Shown here in pieces: positions 8,220-17,977 of a stretch of DNA of 64,000 bases. The position numbers were made by a program, and so were the translations under genes. The DNA is taken from positions 1,508 through 65,507 of the IMG/VR virus record IMGVR_UViG_3300044701_003213; one strand, 5' to 3'. This stretch comes from a virus. Its lineage: Duplodnaviria > Caudoviricetes. Under the pieces are notes generated by a model. That model did no database searches and had not been told where the DNA came from. It saw only the letters and a list, made by a program, of their open reading frames with translations. Numbering within the stretch: the stretch's first letter is position 1; every line of letters begins with the position of its first letter.

Positions 8220-9385
8220 AATGGACTTTAGGTGTAAGTGTTGCAAACCATGACGCATCAATATGCTTATTGAGAGATCATAAGATAGAACTTTTTTTGC
8301 AAGAAGAACGTTCTTCTAGGTATAAGCATGATTCGGATTTACCACTAAAGAGTCTCGATGAAGTAAAAAAAATTACTCATACTATTGATGATTTGGTCAT
8401 AGTAAATTGTCCCAGCGAAGAAAGATTTCTTATTAGAAGTTCTTTAGTGAAGATGGGAGTTAAAGTTTTAAATTTAACTGATTGGGGAGATAAGTTTCAT
8501 CACTTATATCATGCTGCTTCTGGATTTTATCATTCTGGTTTTAAGAAAGCTTTCTGTTTGGTTATAGATGGGTGGGGAGACGCTACTAATATTTCCCTTG
8601 ACGATGAATATGGAAAAATAGAAGGATATGAAACTACTTCTATTTTTACAGCAGAAAGCACGGGTCAATTTAATTTGTTATATAAACATTTGCATTATGA
8701 TCCATCAAAAACTGATGTTCTAGCTACAACTTCAGTCGATCCAGAAAAGTTTTTGCGTAAAGATAGTCGATATGATGTCAGTCATCGAATAGATATTGGT
8801 GTTTTATATGGAACAGTAGCATCACATGTTGGTTTTGATCCAGTTGAAGGTGGTGGAAAGTTGATGGGAATGGCTCCTTATGGATTTGATGATGATAGCA
8901 TTCCTTCATTTTTTATCAATGAAAAGTTGGATACTAATATGAATCTTTTTACAAATAGTAGAATTCTTGATATTTTTGCACACCCACATTTGAAGGAATA
9001 TAAAAATAATTTTCAAAAAAAGGCTAACCTAGCATACGCAGCACAGAAAGCATTAGAAAAAAAGTTTGAGCAGAGAGTCAATTTTATTCTTAATAATTTT
9101 AGGACAGAAACTCGTGACTATTTTGATGATGATAAAATAAGAATTGTTATTAGTGGAGGTTGTGCTTTAAATGTTGTTGGTAATTCTTATCTGAAAGAAA
9201 AGTTCCCAACAGTAGAGTTTTACATTGACCCTATTCCTAATGATGCTGGGCAATCAATAGGAGCAGCTAAAATAGCTTACTATACTACTAGTGAATGTGA
9301 TATAATAGAGAGGACCGAATCATTGTATACTGGTCCATCTTATAGTCCAGATTATATTAGAAAAGCAATTTCAAAAGAGATTTAA
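8216..9385 (+). CDS. Carbamoyltransferase N-terminal domain, stand-alone (N2)
   Basis: HDAS, QEERSSRYKHD, HHLYHA, DGWGD, GKLMGMAPYG, SGGCALN, NDAGQSIGAA. Confidence 0.9.
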   Translation: MKWTLGVSVANHDASICLLRDHKIELFLQEERSSRYKHDSDLPLKSLDEVKKITHTIDDLVIVNCPSEERFLIRSSLVKMGVKVLNLTDWGDKFHHLYHAASGFYHSGFKKAFCLVIDGWGDATNISLDDEYGKIEGYETTSIFTAESTGQFNLLYKHLHYDPSKTDVLATTSVDPEKFLRKDSRYDVSHRIDIGVLYGTVASHVGFDPVEGGGKLMGMAPYGFDDDSIPSFFINEKLDTNMNLFTNSRILDIFAHPHLKEYKNNFQKKANLAYAAQKALEKKFEQRVNFILNNFRTETRDYFDDDKIRIVISGGCALNVVGNSYLKEKFPTVEFYIDPIPNDAGQSIGAAKIAYYTTSECDIIERTESLYTGPSYSPDYIRKAISKEI

Positions 9386-9429
9386 TTTCTAAAAATAAAT
9401 ACAATTGTGAATTTAAGTTTTGTAACTTT

Positions 9430-9672
9430 ATGCCTACGTATCCTGTTAAGAATATGAAAACCGGAGAGACACAAGAAATCGTGATGTCTGTTCCTGATTA
9501 TGAACAATGGAGAAAAGATAATCCAGATTGGGATAAAGATTGGAGCAAAGGATGTGCTAGTCTAGGTGAAGTTGGTGAATGGAAAGACAGACTTGTGAGA
9601 GAAAGACCAGGATGGAATGATGTCCTGGAAAAAGCATCACAAGCACCCGGTTCTAAAGTAAAGAAAATCTAA
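9430..9672 (+). CDS. Conserved small protein upstream of phoH (FmdB-like)
   Basis: MPTYPVKN..TGE start; upstream ATAAATA late promoter; usual position before phoH. Confidence 0.7.
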   Translation: MPTYPVKNMKTGETQEIVMSVPDYEQWRKDNPDWDKDWSKGCASLGEVGEWKDRLVRERPGWNDVLEKASQAPGSKVKKI

Positions 9673-10427
9673 TGGCAAGAAAAAGAAGAAATCCCGATCA
9701 ACCAATTGGCGTTGGAATGACTGCTAAGCAGATGAAGAGAAAGAAGCCTATTAATTATGATTTATTAATAGACATCGATCCATTAACAGATAATCAAAAA
9801 ACTTTATTTGAATCTTATGCGAACAATAAAAATTTAGTAGCATATGGTGCTGCTGGAACTGGTAAAACTTTTATCACTCTTTATAATGCAATTCAAGATG
9901 TATTAGATGAAAATTCCCCATATGAAAAGATTTATATTGTTCGTTCACTTGTAGCAACACGCGAAATTGGTTTTCTCCCTGGTGATCATGAAGATAAGTC
10001 ATCTCTTTACCAGATTCCATATAAGAACATGGTGAAGTATATGTTTCAAATGCCTACAGAAGCAGATTTTGAAATGCTTTACGGTAATCTGAAAACTCAG
10101 GGAACAATTAGTTTTTGGTCCACTTCTTTTTTGAGAGGAACTACTTTAGATAAATCAATTATTATTGTAGATGAATTCCAAAACTTGAATTTTCATGAAC
10201 TTGATAGTATAATTACTCGTGTGGGAGAAGATTCTAAGATTATGTTCTGTGGTGACGCAACTCAATCGGACTTGGTAAAAACCAATGAACGTAATGGAAT
10301 CGTAGATTTTATGAGAATTCTTAGAGTTATGCCTTCATTTGATATTATTGAATTTGGTGTAGAAGATATTGTAAGATCTGGAATCTGTAAGGAATACTTA
10401 ATTGCAAAAACAGAACTAGGACTTTGA
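9672..10427 (+). CDS. phoH: PhoH-family ATPase
   Basis: GAAGTGKT Walker A, IGFLPG, FLRGTT, DEFQN, CGDATQSD. Confidence 0.96.
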   Translation: MARKRRNPDQPIGVGMTAKQMKRKKPINYDLLIDIDPLTDNQKTLFESYANNKNLVAYGAAGTGKTFITLYNAIQDVLDENSPYEKIYIVRSLVATREIGFLPGDHEDKSSLYQIPYKNMVKYMFQMPTEADFEMLYGNLKTQGTISFWSTSFLRGTTLDKSIIIVDEFQNLNFHELDSIITRVGEDSKIMFCGDATQSDLVKTNERNGIVDFMRILRVMPSFDIIEFGVEDIVRSGICKEYLIAKTELGL

Positions 10428-10428
10428 T

Positions 10429-11112
10429 ATGACTCTGCATAAAATTTTTTATTATAAAAAAGATCCAGGCAAAGATATTATCAAGACGGGAGAACTGTTT
10501 GATACTGGAGACCGATATTCATACCAGGAATGTCCTGTATGGTTGCATAAAGCAAGTAGAACATTCGTATATCATTCTTCATTCGAATTTTGTTTGTCTG
10601 TGAACCAAGAAGATGGTTCAATGGATTATTCAAGTAATCTTAAAGATTCTGGTCAATATTTTAAAATTGAAGAATCACTTGAATATGATGATTTTTATGG
10701 TTCAAATCCAGTAATTCAGTACAGCTATCCAGAATACTTTTTTTGGACAGAAAGTGAAGATATTTGGATTGAATTTTTAGATCATCCATTAACATCATTT
10801 AATAATAATCTTGTAACTCTTAGTGGTTGGTGGAATTTATCCAACTATCCAAGAAGCATGAGCATTGCATTTCAAATTGTTGATTCTCAAGTAGATGTTT
10901 CTGTTCAACCAGGAGATCCTCTTTATAGAATAAAATTCTTTTCTAAAAATTTTGACGACGTATTTTCTATAGTTGAAAAAACAAAAATAGATTTTGATGA
11001 AGCATCCAGGAATAAACTTCAGGATGATATTAAATCTGATAAAATCTTATTGCAAGATACTCTATTTAAAAAATCTTGTCCTTTTAACTCCGAAATAAAT
11101 GATAATGTTTAA
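10429..11112 (+). CDS. Hypothetical accessory protein
   Basis: 227-aa ORF inserted between phoH and the exonuclease; YQECPVW and terminal SCPF. Confidence 0.7.
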   Translation: MTLHKIFYYKKDPGKDIIKTGELFDTGDRYSYQECPVWLHKASRTFVYHSSFEFCLSVNQEDGSMDYSSNLKDSGQYFKIEESLEYDDFYGSNPVIQYSYPEYFFWTESEDIWIEFLDHPLTSFNNNLVTLSGWWNLSNYPRSMSIAFQIVDSQVDVSVQPGDPLYRIKFFSKNFDDVFSIVEKTKIDFDEASRNKLQDDIKSDKILLQDTLFKKSCPFNSEINDNV

Positions 11113-11800
11113 TCATGTTGATATTGATTTGCCTGTCTTAGATAGAGAAACTATTGATGGAGTAAGGTATTATAAAGTTCCAGATAACGATGAATTAATT
11201 AGATTAGTTTCTATTACCTCTGTTACTAGTCATAAAAATCGCCAGTTTTTTGCTAACTGGCGTAAAAAAATTGGGGAAGAAGAAGCAGATAAGATTACAC
11301 GACAGGCAACTAGTCGTGGAACTGATATGCATACTCTTACTGAAAATTACCTTTCCAATAATTTAGATCTTCCCAAAGTTCAACCTTTATCTGAGTATCT
11401 TTTTAAAATTTCTAAACCAGAACTGAACAAGATAAATAATATTCATGCTCTCGAAAGTTCCCTTTACAGCAAAGTTTTGGGGATTGCTGGGACAGTTGAT
11501 TGTATTGCTGAGTATACAGGAAAGAATAATACTCCAGAATTAGCGATAATCGACTTCAAGACTTCAAAAAAACCAAAACCAGTAGAATGGATTGAGCATT
11601 ACTTTGTTCAATGTGCAGCTTATGCTTGTATGTTATATGAAATTACTGGTATAATGGTAAAGAAGTTTGTAATTATAATGTCATGCGAAAATGGAGAATG
11701 TATTGTTTATGAAGAGTATAACAAATCAAAATACATCAAACTTCTCACCGAATATATTAGAGAGTTTGTTAAATTTAAATTGGGACAGTATGGAGAGTAA
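11105..11800 (+). CDS. PD-(D/E)XK exonuclease (Cas4-like phage exonuclease)
   Basis: RGTDMH, AGTVDCIAE, IIDFKTS, QCAAYA. Confidence 0.88.
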   Translation: MFNHVDIDLPVLDRETIDGVRYYKVPDNDELIRLVSITSVTSHKNRQFFANWRKKIGEEEADKITRQATSRGTDMHTLTENYLSNNLDLPKVQPLSEYLFKISKPELNKINNIHALESSLYSKVLGIAGTVDCIAEYTGKNNTPELAIIDFKTSKKPKPVEWIEHYFVQCAAYACMLYEITGIMVKKFVIIMSCENGECIVYEEYNKSKYIKLLTEYIREFVKFKLGQYGE

Positions 11801-12059
11801 AGTAGAAAATGAACTAGAGAAAGTATTAGAGAGTAAATTCTTTTGCCCTTCAAAATTTGCTCAAGAAATAGAAAGTCTTGTTAAAATGAATTCAGAAATG
11901 AATTACATCGATGCTATAATTTATTTCTGTGAAGAGAATAATATTGATTTAGAATCAGTTCCTAAGTTAATATCAAAACCGTTAAAGGAAAAGATAAAAT
12001 ATAATGCAATGGAATTAAATTTTCTAAAGAGAACTTCCAGGGCAAAATTGGTTTTTTAA
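11790..12059 (+). CDS. 33: Late transcription co-activator gp33
   Basis: YIDAIIYFCEENNID..VPKLISKPLKEKIK; synteny with 59 and 32. Confidence 0.88.
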   Translation: MESKVENELEKVLESKFFCPSKFAQEIESLVKMNSEMNYIDAIIYFCEENNIDLESVPKLISKPLKEKIKYNAMELNFLKRTSRAKLVF

Positions 12060-12112
12060 TCCATTTTTGGGCGAAAAAAATCCCGGTAAATTTTTCTCTA
12101 TATTACTTTTTT

Positions 12113-12700
12113 ATGAGTCCATTTGAATGCTATAAAACATATCTAGCACTAAAAAATCATTTTAGTAAAGATAACTATGATTATCACAAATACTGTGGTA
12201 AAAGCAGAGCAAGTCTTCAATCTTTTTATAAGAGAAAAGATCGGTATTGGTTTGAAAAACTATCTAGAAATAAAACAGATAAAGAAGTAGAAAATTTCTT
12301 TATCTCTAATTTTGTTTCATGTGATGATCCGCAGTCATTGTGGATTGGTAGTATTATTAGAGAAGGAGAAACTATATACAAAAATTGGACAAAAAAAATT
12401 CAGTCTCTATCTTATGTTTTTAAGGAAGAGACTGATATTTTATTTTCTACCAATAAATTGGAGGAAGCTTTTGATTGCTCTAAGGGGCACCCTCCCGTTT
12501 TAAAAAAGTTCCTGAGCGGGAAAATTTCACTAGAAACCCTAGTGATTTATGATAAGATTTTCCTGTTCGGGAATAATTTTGATAAGAAACTGAAAGATCC
12601 AGTGTGGGATATTGTGAGAAATAAAATAAAGAAATATAAGCCATTTCTAAATATTGATATATTTTATTACAAAAAAATATTAAAGGAGCGTTTTTTATGA
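12113..12700 (+). CDS. 59: Helicase loader gp59
   Basis: YLALKNHF, YDYHKYCGK, FYKRKDRYWFEKL, ISLETL. Confidence 0.92.
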   Translation: MSPFECYKTYLALKNHFSKDNYDYHKYCGKSRASLQSFYKRKDRYWFEKLSRNKTDKEVENFFISNFVSCDDPQSLWIGSIIREGETIYKNWTKKIQSLSYVFKEETDILFSTNKLEEAFDCSKGHPPVLKKFLSGKISLETLVIYDKIFLFGNNFDKKLKDPVWDIVRNKIKKYKPFLNIDIFYYKKILKERFL

Positions 12701-13029
12701 GTTTTTTTGATTCCGAGATAGTAAGATCCGAAATGGTCGAAATATCAGAATTGCAAGAGCAGTTATATAATACTGTATTTAAATTTCCATCTTTTAATAA
12801 AGAAGAGAAGATACGTCACATTGAATTGATGGAAAAACTTTTAGAAAAACAAAGAGTTTTATATACTCGTTTGTCTTTATCTGACGATAAGCAAGCTAAA
12901 GAAATGGTAAGTAAAATATCTGAATCTACAAAACTAATGGGTTTAGATTCTAATGTTGATATTAGTGTATTATTTGGAAATATGGTAAAATTAATTCAAT
13001 CAATGAAAAATAATATTATTAATAACTGA
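12697..13029 (+). CDS. DUF1825-like cyanophage protein
   Basis: MSFFDSEIVR..., LYTRLSLSDD; follows gp59. Confidence 0.75.
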   Translation: MSFFDSEIVRSEMVEISELQEQLYNTVFKFPSFNKEEKIRHIELMEKLLEKQRVLYTRLSLSDDKQAKEMVSKISESTKLMGLDSNVDISVLFGNMVKLIQSMKNNIINN

Positions 13030-13032
13030 TTT

Positions 13033-13770
13033 ATGTTTAAAACTTATTTTGGAACTTGCTCTACCTCTACTCTAGGTATGCCCTTTTTTATTAATAAATT
13101 GGGAGAAGATTTGAATGGTTTACTTCTTGGAGTTGGTGAAGCAGTATGCGCTTGTATCTTACTTCAAGAATCTCCATTAATTAAGAAACTAGATTTGGTA
13201 GATGCATATCTCCCATACTATGATTATATTGGTGGTATTACTTATACAAATAAAGAATATTCAACATTTCGTGGATCATATTGTAGTGAGTGTGAACTAT
13301 TAGATATTTTTTCTGGAAAATCTACGGAAGAAGTTCATAATATTCTATCAAAAGATCCTTCTGAATTTCCTGATGTTTATCCAGATGAGTTTCAGCAAGA
13401 GGAAATATCAGATATATTTGATAAAGCAAAAACAAATTTATTATCTTCTGGGTACATTGATAAAGTTAATTTACATGTAACTGATACTAATAAATTTCTA
13501 ACATCAGTTAGCGATGATTATTATGATTTTATTTTTATAGACTGCCACTTATCTTATAATCAACTTTATTCTGATTTGGAAAAATGGTTACCCAAAGTTA
13601 GGTCTGGTGGTATTATTAGTGGTCATGATTACATGAGTGTTGAAACTTATTATGCAGTCAAAAATTTTAGAGAAAAAAATGGAATAACCGATAGAATGTA
13701 TAGAGCTCACAATGACTGTTTTTTATGGTTTAAAAATGTACCAAATGGAGTAAGTGGACTTTCCTCATGA
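13033..13770 (+). CDS. Class I SAM-dependent methyltransferase (Methyltransf_24-like)
   Basis: YDFIFIDCH.Y...D...WLPKVRSGGIISGHDY. Confidence 0.75.
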   Translation: MFKTYFGTCSTSTLGMPFFINKLGEDLNGLLLGVGEAVCACILLQESPLIKKLDLVDAYLPYYDYIGGITYTNKEYSTFRGSYCSECELLDIFSGKSTEEVHNILSKDPSEFPDVYPDEFQQEEISDIFDKAKTNLLSSGYIDKVNLHVTDTNKFLTSVSDDYYDFIFIDCHLSYNQLYSDLEKWLPKVRSGGIISGHDYMSVETYYAVKNFREKNGITDRMYRAHNDCFLWFKNVPNGVSGLSS

Positions 13771-14363
13771 TTTGCGAATTATTTGATAATATATTTGATC
13801 CATTGTATATTCATGAAACTCACTCTGCAATCATGGATATACCAGTTTCTCCAAATAATGTAGCGAATAGATATACTAAACCATATGGATTTGAAGGATC
13901 TCATAGGTTATATGGTAAAACTATTTTTGAGAGGAAGGATATTAATCGAGTAGATGTTTTAGATTTAGAGCACTCTCGTTTATTTTTTGATATGTATGAT
14001 ATGATTGAAGACCTAATTGGAGTTAGGTTTTATCTTAGCCAAATATCATTAAATGTTCAACATACTGGTTGTGATGGAACTCCTCATATTGATTGTAATA
14101 TAGATGATGAGGATGAGTATACAATACTTGTTATGACTAATTCTTCTTGGGAAAAGAGTTGGGGTGGAGAATTTCAGATAATGAATGATAAAAATCTAAC
14201 TGAAGTTGTAGAAGAGCATGATTATGTTCCTGGGAGGGTGGTTATTTTGCCCTCAAATCGTCACCACAGAGGTCTTGGTCCAAAAGAGAAGTACAAATAT
14301 AGGACTTCTGTTGTTTTCCGAGTGACTCCAAATTTTTCAAAACACGTTCCCGAAATGCCTTGA
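13767..14363 (+). CDS. 2OG-Fe(II) oxygenase
   Basis: HID, WGGEF, PGRVVILPS..HHRG, RTSVVF. Confidence 0.85.
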   Translation: MICELFDNIFDPLYIHETHSAIMDIPVSPNNVANRYTKPYGFEGSHRLYGKTIFERKDINRVDVLDLEHSRLFFDMYDMIEDLIGVRFYLSQISLNVQHTGCDGTPHIDCNIDDEDEYTILVMTNSSWEKSWGGEFQIMNDKNLTEVVEEHDYVPGRVVILPSNRHHRGLGPKEKYKYRTSVVFRVTPNFSKHVPEMP

Positions 14364-14388
14364 CCATAAATAGGAAGACTGCTATGAT
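14360..14388 (+). promoter_or_regulatory. Composite early plus late promoter of gene 32
   Basis: TTGACC-N17-TATGAT with ATAAATA inside the spacer. Confidence 0.7.
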
Positions 14389-14436
14389 AGCAGTGTCTTA
14401 AACAAAGGCCAAATCCAATTAATCCGAGGTAATCCA

Positions 14437-15378
14437 ATGTCTTTTGCAGATCTTAAAAAGCAATCCAAACTTGGCTCTCTAACTTCTAAACTTGTTAAAG
14501 AAGTTGAAAAAATGAATACTACAGGTGGAGGTGAAGATGATCGTCTCTGGAAACCTGAACTTGATAAGACTGGAAACGGTTTTGCAGTTATTCGTTTCCT
14601 CCCTGCTCCCGAAGCAGAAGATCTTCCCTGGGCAAAACTCTACACCCACGCTTTTCAGGGACCTGGCGGATGGTATATTGAAAACTCTTTGACTACTCTT
14701 GGTCAAAAAGATCCTGTTTCCGAATATAATCGTGAACTATGGAATAGCGGTAGTGATAAGGATAAAGAAACTGTTCGTAAGCAGAAGCGTAAACTCTCTT
14801 ACTACTCTAATATCTACGTTGTGAAGGATCCTGTTAATCCACAAAATGAGGGTAAAGTCTTTCTATTTAAGTATGGTAAAAAAATCTTTGATAAAATTAT
14901 GGCTGCTATGCAACCAGAATTTGAAGATGAAACCCCAATCAATCCTTTCGACTTTTGGGAAGGTGCAAACTTTAAATTGAAGATTCGTAAGGTAGATGGT
15001 TATTGGAACTATGATAAGTCTGAATTTGATCGTCCTGCTGCACTTCTCGATGATGATGAGGCAATGGAAGCAATTTGGAAAAAGCAGTATTCTCTAGTTT
15101 CAGTTACTGCTCAAGATCAATTTAAAACCTATGAGCAACTTGAATCACGTCTGAAGATGGTCCTTGGGCAAAAATCGTCTTCTCGTCCTCGTCTTGACGA
15201 AGAAGTTGATGATGAAGATAATGATCGCGGATCTTATACACCAGATTTTGGTTCTCGTCGTCAAGAATCTCAACTACCAGAAGATCTTAGTTCTCAATTG
15301 AATTCTTTGAGTTCTTCTAATGTTGATGAAGAAGATGATGATGCTCTTAGTTATTTTCAACGTCTAGCAGAAAGTTGA
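14437..15378 (+). CDS. 32: Single-stranded DNA-binding protein gp32
   Basis: DDRLWKP..DKTGNGFAVIRFLP, YGKKIFDKI, GANFKLK, acidic C-terminus. Confidence 0.97.
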   Translation: MSFADLKKQSKLGSLTSKLVKEVEKMNTTGGGEDDRLWKPELDKTGNGFAVIRFLPAPEAEDLPWAKLYTHAFQGPGGWYIENSLTTLGQKDPVSEYNRELWNSGSDKDKETVRKQKRKLSYYSNIYVVKDPVNPQNEGKVFLFKYGKKIFDKIMAAMQPEFEDETPINPFDFWEGANFKLKIRKVDGYWNYDKSEFDRPAALLDDDEAMEAIWKKQYSLVSVTAQDQFKTYEQLESRLKMVLGQKSSSRPRLDEEVDDEDNDRGSYTPDFGSRRQESQLPEDLSSQLNSLSSSNVDEEDDDALSYFQRLAES

Positions 15379-15388
15379 TATAAAAAGT

Positions 15389-15413
15389 AAAGGGGGCAAC
15401 GCCCCCTTTTTTT
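15389..15413. terminator. Bidirectional terminator between converging genes 32 and 53
   Basis: aaaggggg(c)-aac-gcccccttttttt with A-runs upstream. Confidence 0.85.
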
Positions 15414-16071
15414 ATTCGTATAATCTAGGATTATCGCATCTTTTCAAGAATTTCGATCTATATTGAATGGTTCCATTTTCATATGGCATGAGTCTATCAA
15501 TATCTTCAAGTATTACTCCAATATAAGTTGCTTTCAGTAAGTAAATATTTCTTTTTTGATTTTCTCTTTCTTCTTCTAATTGATAGTTAGTTACTGGAAC
15601 AGTTACATTAGTTATTATGGTGTCTGCATCAAGTAAGTAATCATAATATGAAACACTATAATTTCTAGGTACTCTTAATCCTTTTGGTACTATCACCTCT
15701 CCAGCTCTATTTGTAATTTCTATTGTTTCATAGTGATTAATTTCATTTATTTTATCATAAGTTTTATATTTGTTTATTAAATAATCGTCAAATGATTGTT
15801 GTGTTAAAGGCCATTCACTCTGAACATTTATTATATTATTTGTGAGCAAAATTATCCAATCAAATCCAGGATCTCCATATACATCATTTGCTACATTATC
15901 TGGTCTATCATCTCCAATTATTTGATATTTTTCAAAGAAAGACACATTTTCTAATAAATCCTCCCTGATTTTTACTTTTTTGAATATATTTTTAGCGAGC
16001 ACATAATTGTTTAATCCCTCTGCGTTCCTATCAATATATTCTATATTTGGAATGTTTTCGAAATAAGCCAT
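15412..16071 (-). CDS. 53: Baseplate wedge protein gp53
   Basis: MAYF...RPDNVA..VYGDP..DWIILLTNNI..VQSEWP. Confidence 0.9.
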   Translation of the reverse strand: MAYFENIPNIEYIDRNAEGLNNYVLAKNIFKKVKIREDLLENVSFFEKYQIIGDDRPDNVANDVYGDPGFDWIILLTNNIINVQSEWPLTQQSFDDYLINKYKTYDKINEINHYETIEITNRAGEVIVPKGLRVPRNYSVSYYDYLLDADTIITNVTVPVTNYQLEEERENQKRNIYLLKATYIGVILEDIDRLMPYENGTIQYRSKFLKRCDNPRLYE

Positions 16072-16074
16072 TTC

Positions 16075-17457
16075 TTAGTACCCCATACCTGTTGCACCTT
16101 CACCTTCATCATAATCATTTGCGTATACTGGATCGATCTCAGCAAAGGTCATATTTAATTCATATGCAGTCATTGAAGAATCTTCCAGATAAGTCATATA
16201 TTGACCATCTGGAGTATAATTAACACTAAAATCTTTTAACGCGCATTTTTTAATTCTATTTAAGTATGGGTGTTGCACTGCTGAATTACTATTATTTTTC
16301 GTGCTCATATATTTAATTTTAAAAATATTAGGTGCTAGTAGGAATAGTTGTGATGGAGTTACTTCTGGTTGCATCTCTCTTTTAAAAAGTCTGATTATAT
16401 CTTTTATTGCTTTAGTCTCTCTATTATTTCTTGGTGTTAGTCTGAATGTAAATGTGAAAGACCTTAGTTGTGGACCAGAAAATAATAATTCTAAATTATT
16501 GTTAATAGCAGCACCTGCTGTTCTTGATAATAAATTTTGCACTTGGCCACCCATTGCTTGTTGGGTGAAATAATTTATCAGCATCTGTCTAAGTTCTGGT
16601 GATGAATCTTTACTCGTCAAATTACCAGCAATAGCCTCTAGACCTGCTCCAAATGTTGCAAATGGATTTCCACCAGATCCTGATGATGCTATAGTTCCAT
16701 ATGCTAAACCAGCGAATTGTGCTGTGAGTGGGTTTATTTCTCCCTGTCCCCAGTCAACTGATGCTGAATCCGTAATTCCCGATTGTATTGGTAGTAATAC
16801 TGTACTTAAAAGATTAGTTTCTCTTTGTTCTTGTCCAATAAGTCCAAATCCTTTTCCTTTTTCTGGGGTTTGCAAACCAGATTTTCTATATTCTATAAGT
16901 TGTATTTGTATATAATCTCCAGTTATTTTTTCTGGATATTTTAATATTGGTGGATATGATACTGTTTTTCTTTGAGAAACTACTGTAATTTTTGCTAATT
17001 CTTCTGGTGTAAGTGTATTAGATTCTGATGCTGAATTGTTTCCTGATTGTTGCTCGGAAGTTCCTGTTTCTGGTGCTTTATTTTGAATTCCATTGTATTC
17101 TTTTGTTCTAGTTAATTGCTCTTTTACTTCTGCTGGTGCTTTTGCAGAAACTATTTCTTTTGCCTTTGCTGCTGAATTTGCTTTCAAGTTAGTAATATAT
17201 GAAGCACCACCTCTCTGTTCTAAATCAGCATATCTTTCACCTTTAGTTACTGTTCCATCTGCAGAAACATTCATTACTAATTTGTTTCCAAGAACTCCAT
17301 ATTCATATATATCCCTTGCTCCAGTTTTTGTATTAACATTATATACAAACTTTCTACCTAGTGTGTCTATAATACCAGATTCATATACGTCAAAATTTGA
17401 TTGACTTTGCTTCCATCCAGAAGTTTTTCTTGCAGATATGGTTTCCTGATTGGGCAT
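16075..17457 (-). CDS. 48: Baseplate tail-tube cap gp48-like
   Basis: NLELLFSGPQLRSFTFTF.LTPR, CAL.DFSVNYTPDG, LNMTFAEI. Confidence 0.8.
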   Translation of the reverse strand: MPNQETISARKTSGWKQSQSNFDVYESGIIDTLGRKFVYNVNTKTGARDIYEYGVLGNKLVMNVSADGTVTKGERYADLEQRGGASYITNLKANSAAKAKEIVSAKAPAEVKEQLTRTKEYNGIQNKAPETGTSEQQSGNNSASESNTLTPEELAKITVVSQRKTVSYPPILKYPEKITGDYIQIQLIEYRKSGLQTPEKGKGFGLIGQEQRETNLLSTVLLPIQSGITDSASVDWGQGEINPLTAQFAGLAYGTIASSGSGGNPFATFGAGLEAIAGNLTSKDSSPELRQMLINYFTQQAMGGQVQNLLSRTAGAAINNNLELLFSGPQLRSFTFTFRLTPRNNRETKAIKDIIRLFKREMQPEVTPSQLFLLAPNIFKIKYMSTKNNSNSAVQHPYLNRIKKCALKDFSVNYTPDGQYMTYLEDSSMTAYELNMTFAEIDPVYANDYDEGEGATGMGY

Positions 17458-17490
17458 TAATCTAGTTTATACCTATTAGAAATATTTAGA

Positions 17491-17934
17491 CTACTTTATA
17501 CCAAGATCATCCTCCGTTATAACTTTGAATTCTATTAATCTATCCTTACAAAATTCATCTGCAGCTTTCCATTTTGCTTGATTGACTGAATAGGTTTTAA
17601 TCTCATTAATATATGACTTTGTAATTCTTGATTTCTTTTTTGGCGGCATAGTTTGCTTTTTTGGTTTTACTTCTACGACATATACCTTTGCATTTCCATG
17701 TTTATCTTTTACTTTTATTATAAAGTCTGGAAAATATTTGTGAACTCTATTGTCTACTGGTGAGATATAGGGAATCCAAAACTCTTCACTTCCCCATTCT
17801 ATAATATTTTCGTTCAGATCGCACCACCTACAAAATTTTCTTTCCCAACTACTTCTGCAGATTATATTGTTTGGATTACCTTTGTATTTTTCGGGATATT
17901 CTGGTTTATACCTACTTTTTATACTTTCTGCCAT
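17491..17934 (-). CDS. 4: Head completion protein gp4
   Basis: PEKYKG..NIICRSSWE, WGSEE, YFPDF, VEVKP, NQAKWKAA. Confidence 0.92.
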   Translation of the reverse strand: MAESIKSRYKPEYPEKYKGNPNNIICRSSWERKFCRWCDLNENIIEWGSEEFWIPYISPVDNRVHKYFPDFIIKVKDKHGNAKVYVVEVKPKKQTMPPKKKSRITKSYINEIKTYSVNQAKWKAADEFCKDRLIEFKVITEDDLGIK

Positions 17935-17977
17935 ATTTGATTATACATAATATATAAGTACATCTATTTATTTCAAG

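Noticed and set aside
11105-11800. Cas4-like nuclease as evidence of CRISPR-Cas
   Set aside because: It is the core phage exonuclease; no repeat-spacer array or other cas gene seen in the window
12060-12112. A/T-tract and cccgg motif before gene 59 as a possible origin
   Set aside because: Single short motif without iterons; insufficient evidence
16301-17404. Plus-strand ORFs inside gene 48 and similar short antisense ORFs elsewhere in the track
   Set aside because: Fully nested opposite well-supported genes; no coding signals
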